Assembly: GCA_023205875.1 (NCBI GenBank)
Contig: CP060767.1
Location: 186,001 to 250,000 of the forward strand
Source of the DNA: Chloropicon primus
Taxonomy: Eukaryota
DNA: 64,000 nucleotides
Direction: 5' to 3'
Shown in pieces: positions 42,929 through 54,000 of the stretch; the stretch's first letter is position 1; every line of letters starts with the position of its first letter. The notes under the pieces are model-generated. The model was given only the letters and a program-made list of their open reading frames with translations. It ran no database searches and was not told the DNA's origin. The translations under genes were made by a program, and so were the position numbers.

Positions 42929-43468
42929 TCACGACTTTCTCGTGCTGATGAGCGAGTGCTTTGTGTTGATCAGCTGGCAGTAACTCATGGCGTCTCCGTA
43001 CTTCCTGTACGACTCTCTGTTCGATAGCGTTCCCACGATCCTTTCCTGGTCATTCTGCGAGTGCTGCCAGCCAAAGTGGTGGTGGTGGACGAGGTGCGGT
43101 GGCAAGCTGAGGAAGTCCTTCCTCTCCTCCTTGGACAGGGTCTCCTCGGAGCCGGGGCCGGGCGGAGGAGGGCCAACCTGCTGACCCGCCGCCCACGTCT
43201 TGTCCCCAAAGAGGTCCCCCGAAGTGTTGGACACGTCCAGCGGGCCCGAAGTCGACGCCAAAAAGTCCGCAGAGTCCGGAATCCTCTTGTACGACTCCGA
43301 CTCGTTCGTCTTGGTGAGCTCCCTCAGCTCCCTCAAAGACTTGGACCCAAACTCGCTGCGTCCCCTCTGCGACTTGCTTTCCCCAAGAATCCATTGCTTC
43401 ATGTGCTCTGGCCGGTACTGGGAGAAGATCCCGTGCCCGCTCGTCGTCCCTCCCTTCCCTCCTGCCAT
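42929..43468 (-). CDS. Hypothetical protein, 179 aa
   Basis: ATG-initiated ORF with GC3-rich codon usage that fills the gap convergent with TFIIA-gamma; no domain recognised. Confidence 0.6.
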   Translation of the reverse strand: MAGGKGGTTSGHGIFSQYRPEHMKQWILGESKSQRGRSEFGSKSLRELRELTKTNESESYKRIPDSADFLASTSGPLDVSNTSGDLFGDKTWAAGQQVGPPPPGPGSEETLSKEERKDFLSLPPHLVHHHHFGWQHSQNDQERIVGTLSNRESYRKYGDAMSYCQLINTKHSLISTRKS

Positions 43469-44229
43469 GACGCTCCCTCAGTCGACTCAACAACCAAAGC
43501 GAAAGTGTACCTGGTGCACTAGGCTGCCTCTGCAACAAATGCTTCGAGAGATACCTCCAAGACTTTCTAAACCAAGAGCTTCCCTTCCAAACCAGTCAGC
43601 CTCCTGACCTCAGGCCAACGTTTCCAGACACTTGCTGCCCCTCTCCTGGATCTTTCACCCCTCTAGGGTTCACCTGGGACCCCAGGCACTTGTTGCCCCT
43701 CTCCCCTTCCCCTGGTCCTGGTCTCTCCCCTTGCTCCTCGAGCAGCTCGAGACGATAGTCGTACCCAAATCGCTCGAGCGAATGCTTAAATGAAAGATCA
43801 CGAGATGATCTACCGTTTGGTGTAACCCAAACTCGCTTCCTGTTCCGTCTTGGCTGCTCAAAACCTCAGCAAAGTCAGCGGCCTTGCCTCGACCCTAAAG
43901 CAATGGGAGAGCTTCCAAATTTCTGTTCTCTCATCGTCGTTGACCTGAAAAAAACCCAAGTGACAAAAATGAATGCAAACCATCGTACACTCGTTAATCA
44001 CCATTTTGGGGCCTCGAAAGCCTCGGCGAACTTCTGACAGGACAACCGCGGCCTTCTCCGCCTCCCTTGGGACGAGCGAGCTTCCATTACTGGTAACGGT
44101 TCACGTGGACGGATTCCTCTCCTCCCGAGCTTTCGATAGACCCCTTACTTGAAGGGTTTGGCGTTACGAAAGGGTCGTGCGTCCGTTACGAAGTTCATCC
44201 CATCCACAGGGAGGGAGTGAAGCACAAGT

Positions 44230-44451
44230 ATGGGTACGTGCTGTGGCAAGGCGAGTCACTCCGGCTACGGAGGGGACTACCAGGAGGCGGACAGGGAGAA
44301 GATGGCGGCGGCGACGGAAGCGCGTGTGGCCAAGCTGGAAAACCGAGGCGTTACGGCACGCGGTGCTGCGAAACTGAAGGACAACGCCACGGCCAAACAC
44401 ACTGGACAAGGTATGTCACAGGACACGACGATGAAGTGGACGATGACTTGA
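44230..44451 (+). CDS. SVIP: Small VCP/p97-interacting protein (SVIP)-like, 73 aa
   Basis: MGTCCGK acylation start, VIM-like REKMAAATEAR followed by RG, and C-terminal MKWTMT (compare LRWTVS in animal SVIP). Confidence 0.7.
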   Translation: MGTCCGKASHSGYGGDYQEADREKMAAATEARVAKLENRGVTARGAAKLKDNATAKHTGQGMSQDTTMKWTMT

Positions 44452-44624
44452 GGATTGTGGAGAGAGAGAGAGAGAGCGACGTGTGTTTACGTTCTTCCTT
44501 CCTTTCTCCTCCTCCTCCTCCTCCTCTTCTTCTTCTTCCCAGGAAAGAAGGGGCGTATTGGTGTAATTTACTGCTAGGTTAGTTTGGTCATCCCCTTGCT
44601 CAAACACACACAAGGTCTCAGGTT

Positions 44625-47600
44625 CTAGATCGTGGCGGCTTGCTTGGGAAGGGGGTGGAGGTGACTGAGGTCCCGGAATTCTTCCTTGGTGGACAAGGGG
44701 TCCTCCTTCCCTTGGGGAGACCCCGTCGTCGTCGTGGCGCGGGCGAGCAGGGCGGCCAGGCAGCGAAGCAGCACGGCCGCGGCTTTGTACGCCCAGAACA
44801 GGAGCGGGCTCAGGAATATCAGCATCATGGTGGCGAACAAGATTCCGTACAAGATCTTTTCGGATGCGCACGCGCCAAGGAACTTGACGCAGACCTTCTT
44901 CTCCCCCCCGGAGCCAGCTTCAGCTCGCGGCCGTTGGTCGATCGTGATGTTCATGGAGCGGGAGTGGCTGGCGTAGTAGTTGAGGTTCCCGTCGCCGTCT
45001 CGAGAGAGGCCAGGCTTCAAGTCCATGTCAGTGACCTTGATGGAAAATTTTTCCACCCCTCCTCGAGTCAGGGCGGTGTACGTGAGGTTGCCCAGCACCT
45101 CGTTCACTTTCTGCAGGGAGCCGCGGAAGACCATCTTGCCGTCGTCGTGGCCGTCCCCCATGGCAAAAGTGAGGTAGCTCAGGGCCTCAACGTGCGATCC
45201 GACGTCGAGAACGCCGGCCGTGACGTACAGATCGACAAGGAAGAGGTCCATGTGCTTGTCGGGATCCCTGATCGCCAGCCTCGGCACCGGCACGGGCTGC
45301 AGGAAGGTTGCCGTCATGTTCACTCGGCTCAAAAGAATCTGCGACTCATCCTCGGTGTTTGTGACCTTGAGCTCCACGGCGTACGCCGCTGACCGGCAGC
45401 AGCTCGTGGTGACCTCGTAGGCGAAGGACTCGCGGGGGGGCCTCTCCCGAATCCCCAAGTCTGCGAACTTCTCGGGTTGAGAACCTCCAAGCAGGTCGGG
45501 GTCGTTGAAAAAATTGTCGGAGGGAACGTAAACGAAAGATACGCAGGCACTCCGGGCGTCACGTTGTCCATCGCAGGCCCCGAGCCATTCCCGTGGCTGC
45601 TGGCCCTTCAGCACTGCAACGAGATCAGATTTGCTGCTGCCTTCCGAAGACTGTCGTGAGCGGTAGTAGAGGTCTCCGTATTCAGGAAGGGAGAGAATGC
45701 GCATGCCAAGGTCTTCCTCGGACTCGGCGCGGGCATCGCTGAGAGTCAAGTTGATCCACGCTTCCCCTTCCTCGTCACAAGCAACTGTCTTGTTGATGCC
45801 GATCAAGGGGTTGAGGACATGGATGTGGAGCTCCGAAGTGTTGGTTGAGGTGACGTTGTGCGAGTCTACCACGCCGAAGGAGATGGAGTCCGTGGCCACG
45901 GTGTCCTTGCCCTCCCGGAGTCCAGCCAAGGCCTCCGGCTCATCTTCGAATGCGTAGCATGCCACCTGCCCAGTCAATCTGTGCGCCTGGACAGCGACGG
46001 CGTCTCCAAGAAGAAGGCCACCCTCCTCATCTCGAGCGCATTCGTACAGCGTGCCGTGCCTTGGCAACTTCACAATGTCGATGGCCTCGATGTCGCCCGT
46101 GCCATCAGGGTCCAAGCCGGGAAAGTTGACCATGGAAAGCTTGCCGAGGTAAACCGGTTCCACAGATTCCTGGGGCGCGGGGGGATCGTTCTTGCTGAGA
46201 ACCTCGACAAGCACCGTCCCCTCTGTACTGCAGTGTCCTTCCTCGTCGCAAGCCTTGTACCTGAAGAAAGTGTACGGCTGAAGGTCGGTGCCGCCGGGCT
46301 GAGGAGGAGAGAAGTCGTCTTTCTCCGGTATGAAGGAGACGTTAAAGAAGCGCTTCCCCAGCTTCTTTCCACCGCCTTCCCAAATCTCGGCCAGTCCTTC
46401 ACCCAATGCGTGGGGCTCCCCCTCGGTCACATTGATGACTTGGCCGGTCCTCGGATCCACGAGTTGCCCGGCATCGACGGACCGCGTGATGTAAAAGTAC
46501 CTGGAGAGTCACGGAGGTATAGTGTGGAAAGGAAAGGGCGTCGTAAGTCATTCTACTCGCAGGACCGTCAAGTGAGAGGTCTCCTCATCCGTGGACGGTT
46601 TACTTACATCGTCGAGTTGCCGGCGTTCGGACGGTGCGCAATGTCAAAATCAAAACCTTGGATGGTAACGGACGCCACCTCGTCCTCCATCACTCGAGAA
46701 ACTCCCGATTCGATCACGGGCGAGGACGGGGCGAGGCCAGCTCGCTCGCGGTGCCTTGACCTCACCCCGGACCCGGGCAAGACGCCAACAAAAGTGCTTA
46801 CGGCATGGATGGTCCCCCGCCAACGCGTGCCGAAGACGGAAGGGCTACCGAGAACCAAGCGGTGCGTCTCGTTCCAGGCACTGAGGAACGAGTCTTCCAA
46901 ACCAACTCGGCCGTGGAGCTCCGGGAGCGTTTCACTCAGGAGCTCTCCATCGAAGTACAGCCTGAGTGCTCCTGCTCCCCGCGTTGCGTTGTCTTCGCCC
47001 GGAGGACCGGCGACGCTGGAGGAGGGTGCAAGGTCCTCCACCGTCAGCGCAATGTGGTGCGGAGAAGCCGCGAAGACGTTTGCCTGGACCTCCCCCCCCT
47101 GTTCACTCTCCTCTCGGACGTAAAATTCGACTCCATCACTCGTCTTGTGGCAAACTTTGTGCCCTCTGTGCGCCCGCCCACGCGCCTCGGCAACGAGTGA
47201 TGGACCCCTCTGCCTCACTTGAAGGCTGAAAGGGCTCCAGCCCAAAGAGCAAGACGTGTTGGTGTTCGTTCCACCGTCCCATGAAGCCGTCCCAATCCCA
47301 AAGATGGCATCTTCCTTGCTCCAGTCCTTGAGACTCTCTCCATCGAACGTCACCCACACCTCCAACGAGAGGCCTCTCCTCTGCCTGACGTGACTCAGGA
47401 GCTCCGAGGCGTCCCTCGTCGACGACACCAAGGCGACAGAGCCGTCGCCATCGAGGCCAGATACATCACGAGACCCCTCGCTCCCTCGCACCGTCAAGCC
47501 CACGCTCTCGGGACAGTGAAGGATCCCGAAGCTCACTTCCACATTCGTTGCAGTCAAGTTGCCCAAGTAGCCAGCAGACTCCTCGCTCGTCGTCGTCGTC

Positions 47601-47842
47601 GTCGCGTTGACTCCTGCCCCGCCGGTCCACACTCCTCTCCTCGAGCGGCACTCCTCTTGCGAGAACGCGTAGGAGGAGACGAGGACGACGTCCTGACTCG
47701 AGTTGTCCAAGATGGTTCCAAGATGGTCATCTTGGAGAGCCCTGGCCGGCTTGAGCAGGAGGAAGAGCGTCGAAAGGTAAGCCAAGGTGAAGGCAAGGGT
47801 GGCCCTGCCACCTGATGTCCTCGCCATCACAACCCTTGGCAT
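44625..47842 (-). CDS. Type I membrane surface protein: LamG/concanavalin-A-like domain + cadherin/Ig-like repeats, 2 exons
   Basis: Exon 1 (47842-46608) has a signal peptide and LamG-like GLSLEVWV, HHIALTV, LRLYFDG and RLVLGS..WRGTIHAV. It joins in frame (AT|G) to exon 2 (46500-44625), which has NDPP, IVKLPRHGTLY, ILSLPEYGDLY, ESFAYEV, GSLQKVNEVLGNLTY and a TM segment near the C-terminus. Confidence 0.75.
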
Positions 47843-48005
47843 CGACCTCCTCGGTCGATGTGGTATCGACCCCACCCACAGGAGGGACAATCGAAGTCGT
47901 GTTCTCGGTGGGCGTTTCGTTTGCCTCGAGGGGGGGAGCGTTATTCTTATAGGATTGTGATTTTGGATAGAGTTACATAACTAAACTTTAAAACGAATAA
48001 TAGTG

Positions 48006-51000
48006 TTACAAGGCGTTTCGTTCCTCTGAAGCGGAGGTCATGGTGAGCAAAGGGACCTTGCTGGGGCTGCTTATCTCTGGCTCGTTGCAGGCAAGGCAAT
48101 CCTCGAAGACCTCGGCATCGGATTGTGTTGGGAAGTCGACCTGCTTCTGGCAAATGGGCAAACCAAAGCTTGGCTCGAGATTCAAGTTATCGTTCACGGA
48201 GCTGATGTGCTGCAGCGGGAGCAAGACTGTGAGAGTCACCTTGCTTCCCTCCCTGGTCTGCTCAATGATGTCGCCCAAGCTGTAGAGCCACTCGACAGTG
48301 AAATCGTACGACGCGGTGGTTCTCACGCTCATTACGTGTTTCGTGGTCACAAGAATGCAACACGCGTTGTCCAAAAGGCAGCTGAACATCTGCTCCTCCC
48401 GCTTGAAGCGCCCGTTGCTCACAGTCGCGAGCAGCAAGTTCCCGAGGGCCTCGTTCAGCATGTAGGAGCTCAGGGGGAGGTCCTCGCTCACCTTCCTGGG
48501 CGGCCTCATTCTCGAGGCTTTCAGAATTCCGCTCTTCGCGACGTCCCTCAAGACTTTGGAGGTGTGCTGCGCGAACTCCAGGAGGGTGACCGTAGGCGAA
48601 GCGATGGCGCCTAGAACGCCAAATGTCGTTCCCTCGACCAAGCCCTTGAGGCCGTTCTGCTCCATGCCATGGATCGGCGCGGCGATGAGTCCTCCGATTC
48701 CTCTGGAAACGGCTCCGATCATGCTCGGGTTGGACTCCTTGTCAATGTGCTTGTGCAAAGGAAGCGAGCTGTTGATGATCATGTCGCACCTGGTCTTGAC
48801 CACGTTGACGTTTCTGTGCGCCGTCTTCGATATCTTCCAGGCCGCATTGCTCAGTGCGTACACCGTGTGGCTCAGCAAGCTCCAGCTTCCCGCACTCAAA
48901 CCAGCGGTGAATTGCCCGACTCCAAGTGTGAGCGCACTTTGGAGGAGTCCAACGGCCGGTTTCGAGAGAAAGTCCCACATCCCGGTGCCCAAGTGCTGGA
49001 CGAGGCCAAGAGGGTCTCCCAGGACGTTGGCAGACCCGAGAATCTTAACCGCTTCCTTGAGGAGGGCTTTGATGTAATGCTTGCCCAGCAACCACTGCAA
49101 CGTTCCCTTGTCAATGAAGGCGTGGTTCAGCTCAAAGCCGGACAGCAACACCTTCACCCCCTCAAACTCAGCGAATGTGAGCGCGTAAAGCAGCTGGGCG
49201 TTGACCCCCTTTGGGTTCTCCGAGAGGGTGAAGGTCTCTCCGGACGTCAATCCTGCTGTAGAGAGACTGACGGTGATGTGAATCGGGGATATCTTGATGC
49301 ATTCGAAATGCAGCCTGTAACCAGGACTCTCCTCCTCCTTGCCATTCATGGAGCTGGCAGAGCTGACGCGGGTCAGAGACGAGGTCTCCTCCACCCACGA
49401 CAGGACCTCTGAGAAATGGTGCAATCGCAAAAAGATGGATCCGTCCATATCCAGCAAAATTGGCGGCACCTTCACGACGGCAGATTCCACGCACATGATG
49501 TTCGCCACGTTCGCGTGCCAGTAGGACAGCTTGAACAGGATCCCGTCGCTCGCCGAAGATATTGTATCTTGCTGATAGAGGGGCGCAGGGATCGAAAGCA
49601 GGACAGGAAGTGCTGCGTTAGGCAGCATGTTGTCGATCTGAATTCGTCTCGTCTTGAACGTGACAACGTCACGCTCCTCCCCTCCCTCGAACTTCAGTTG
49701 CAGGTCCAACATACTCAGGTAGAGGATCTCACTCGACTTCCCTATCACCGACAACCCCAAGTGAGAGACTTGGATGTCCAAGAAGTAGACGCTGTCCTCC
49801 TGCGCCGGCGGGACGTCCTCCTTTGTGGTCTTCTTGTCCATCTTCGTCATCCTCATGAGTTTGTTGGACAGGGGCAACCTCGAAGTGTCTCGCCTTGGCA
49901 TATGGATGGAAAGGTCTGAGATCGACAGAACCCTCGTGGGGCCATCCGCCTTGGTGGCAATCTGCAAGTTCCTGCTAACATTTCGATTCAAGTGCGCGCC
50001 GGTATGCACTGGAACCGACACGACGTGCACCGAGCCAACCTTATCCAGAGCGAAGGATCCAAGGTTGCCGTACCCTGGCAGCTTGATCACAAGCTTGTGA
50101 CTCATGTAAGGCTCGTCCCACGTGTACACAGCCGATGAATACGGTTTCAGCATTCCTTCGGCCGGCTCGCAGTTTTGCTGAAAGTAGGAGAGAATATCAC
50201 TCGTGAAGTTGTCGATCCTGTACGGAGCAAAGCCCGCTTGGTACTCGGATATGCTAATCGTCCAAGTCTCGAAGCTCAGCTCCCTCACATCCACTTGAAG
50301 CATCATGCTCTCCTCCTGGCCCGATCCGGTCATCTTCATCTGGATGCCGCCCGGCTTGTCCAGGTGGAAGTAGCCTGACCAGACCGCATTGTCCTCGAGC
50401 TTCACGCAAAGCTTCGGTGTCTCGCTCGCTACGTCCGCGTGGATAGCTTGAGACCCCCCAGCCTTCAACGTGTGTTTGATCTTTGTCCCCTCTTGACGGT
50501 ACATGATTTCCTTGTCCAACTTGTTTGTAAGAATGAACCTCGGTCGAATGTGAACCCCGATAGAGCTGCCGCCAAACGTAGAGATCTCCGTGCTGACGGT
50601 GAAAAAATACGCTTTCGGTCTCCTGGAGGATTGCTGCCCCTCACTCGTTCCAACTTCAACAACAGTGGGCTCGCCCAAAACGTCGACATTGAAGATTTTG
50701 CTCGTCATCACAGTCTCCACCCTCGGGTCAGGCTTCACTCTTAATTGGAGGCGAACGTTGTTTCGGTAGGATTTCAGTCCAAACATCGTGGGCCACTGCT
50801 GGCCACAAGCTTGCTGCTTTTCGCTTCTTGGACTCTTCTCGTAAGCCAAGAGGTCCGAGCCGAACTTTTGCTTGTCCCCGCCATCCTCGTCGTCGACAAA
50901 AGTGGCAAAGAGACCAAGGCCCACAGGCTCAGACTCAAGCTTGCCAGAGACCATGGAGCCCAGCCCGACCAGGTCTGGCACATCGCTCTCCCCCCCGTAA

Positions 51001-54000
51001 GGGAGGACCTGTTGGAAGCTGCTCTCCTGGCCTCGGTCACGCACACCCAGGTTGAGGCCAGTGTGGTTGTAAATTCTCAGAGGGCAGCTAATCTGAAGGA
51101 TCATCGGAGCGTTTCCCACGTACTTCACTTCTAGGGCTATCTTTGCACCGTCATCGCCATCCGAGCCCTGGAGGACCACGCTGCTTTCCCTGACAGCAGG
51201 CGAGGCGCCCCCGCGATCTAGATCTTCCTTCCTGCAGCTGAATGGTATGCCGATGCTCTCGCCCCAATTGTACCCACGAGGCCTCAGGAACAGCGACAGC
51301 TCGTTCGAGTTTCTGACATTGTGGATGTTCAAGCTCGAATCAGGGTCGATGTTTGACTTGAGCAGCTGCTTGTCGCCCCGGTACAAGACCGAATCCAGTG
51401 GCACGGGAAGCCAGTTCCTAACCTTCACAGGCGGCTCGACCCTCAGCTTGAAGTGGCTGCCATCCCTGTCCGTGAAGATGATGAAGGACAAGACTGCTCC
51501 CTTGCTGCCACGGATGCAATTGCCCAGGAAGATCTTCTCCTTGTTCTTTCCTCTGACGAATTGATCCAAGTTCATTCGCTGGCTCCAGGCGGTGTGCTCA
51601 TCCGAGTCGAGTATCATTCGGAGGCACACACTCCCCGTGAGGGAAATCTGGAGAGGGACCCAAAAGGACTCCCCTGGCACGAGGGTTCTTATGCAGTTGG
51701 GCTCCAGCGCCAGAGGCGAGCATGAGCCGACTTGGATGCAGAATCCGCACGAATTTGTGATCGAGATGCACGAGTGCAAGACTATGAGCCTTCCTCCATT
51801 TGCTCTCCTCTGCACATCACAGAGCACGTCCACCTTCTTGTGATTCATCCCCTCTACATTCTCGAGAGATATCCGGTGCTTGGCGTACGTGTTCATCGCA
51901 ACGGATTCAGACCAAGTGCTGCCTCGAATTTTGAAGTGAATGACGGGCCTTCTCCCGCTGACCCACCGCTGGTCGTTGTTCTGGCTCACAACAAGCGATC
52001 TTCTTGCGGCAATCTTCTTGCTCATGTGCTTGTACGAGACGTGCCTGCCCCCCCGCCCTGAGCTCTTCCTGATGTACAGCGGCACCAGGTTTTCGTCCGG
52101 GGCCTGGCCCTCCTCCTTGTTCCTCAGCTCGCTTAAATCTGCAGAGCTGCTGCTGCCATCGGTGAAACAGTAGCCAACGTTCAAGCCCGTTTGGTTTTGA
52201 AGCCAGTAGGGGGTAAATTTGGCAGACGTAATCCTTGGGGTGCAAACTTCTGTGCCAGACACCATCTTCAAGCTCTCCAGCATTTGTCTCAAGATGTTCG
52301 CAGTCTCAATAGTGTACTCAGAGACATTGATGTTCCACTGGCTCTTGGACTGCACCATCAGTTTGTGGGACGGCGTCACCTTCCTCCTGGAATTGCTGCG
52401 GTCGCTGCTTTGGTAGTAAATTTGCAAAGGCCATTCCTCCACCACAGGTTCCCAAGCAACCTTGTCGTAATTGTAAAAATCAACAACTGTCTTGAAGTTC
52501 ACCGAGCATTCCGTCAAACTCGACGGGTCAGCGGCGTACTTCGTCCTGATGTCATAGACAGCAATCTCTGCGATCGGCGAGTCTCTCTGGAATCGATCAT
52601 CACTGAAGAGGGCAGCAAACTTCTTGGACGTGAAAGCTATGTCTATAGAAACTTCAGAAGACGAGTCTTTCTCTTTTGCCTCCCCCGAGTCCTCTGCGCT
52701 CTTGTCCTTGAAGGATGACAGGGCCATGTTCAAAAACGAAAGGTTCTGGTGAGAGACCCACAAGGAAAGAGAGCCGAGATCCACAAAACCATCCACGGAT
52801 TTCTCAGAAAGCGACAAAGTCAGACTGAGGTCGTCAAAGAAAGCAAAGGTCTTGAAGCTGGAGAGCTCGCCATTCTCATCTTCCTCGAGACCTTTCAGTG
52901 GCACATCTAGCAGCAAGTGATTCACCTCGAGGTCGACCCTGCGCTTGTTAAACTCGTTGACGAGTGCAAATTCAAGTTTTGTCCGGATCAGCACCGGCGG
53001 AGACTTGACTTCATAGTAGTCCTCAAAGTTGATGCTGATTTCAAGATCCTCTGCGAAGCACTTGTAACCCTGCGTCCTTCCACTCTTCGGAGCGGCCGGC
53101 CCTTGCTCCTCCCCAGACGCATCAACTTCTTTCAGACCACCAGTCTCGATTTGATCGATCAGCAGGAAGAACTTGTCCCAGCAAAAGGCATTGATATTGA
53201 CTTGCACATTTTTCACCAGCAGCTCCATGGTCTCTGGATTGCCGCTGTGGGCATTTGTTTCGATGATTGGGATCTCATTCCCGTGCTGCTTTGGCTGCAG
53301 CGAGGCTAGGAGAATCCTGCTCGGGATGCAACTCTTGTCTCGCGTTGACATGAATAGGCCCAAAAACCTCCATCCACACTCGAATGAGCTGATGGCACTG
53401 TCAGCGAGGTTCACCTGGACGTAGAGCTCCTCGGATAGACCAACGATTGAGCCGAGTTCCTTCTGCCTCCCAAAAATTTCGCACTGCAAGAATTTGATCT
53501 CCAAGGCCACGTTGATCACAGAGGGGAAAGCGCTCCCTGTAGACTGCTGGGGTGGCTTCCCCTCGCCCCTACCGTGGTGGTCATCAAGGAAGGAAAAGGT
53601 GTCGAAAAGGCAGTACAGCGTCTTCGTGTCCTCCTCGTGCAAACTTATTTCCAGCTGGGGAACATTGATCCACAAGTCCAGGGCAGTGCTTGCACCTCTG
53701 CCTGCTCCGTCCGCGGGCTGTTGGTGGAACGTGAGTTTGGTGCTGACGTCAAACTTTTCGACCAAAAGATGGTTCCCTTTGCTCGACCTCAGACTGACAC
53801 TCAGCGCTTCCTCGAGCATTTCTACGGACTTGAGCTGGTCGGCAATCGTGAGCATCGTCAGATTCATCTTGGGGATTGTGATCAAACACAACTCCTCGCC
53901 CCCCACAACATCCGTTTCCAACTTGTAATTTGTGACGGTGACGTGGATGGTAACCTTTTTACCAGGCTTTGCAATGGCACTCGAAGGTCCTCTCTGCGCT

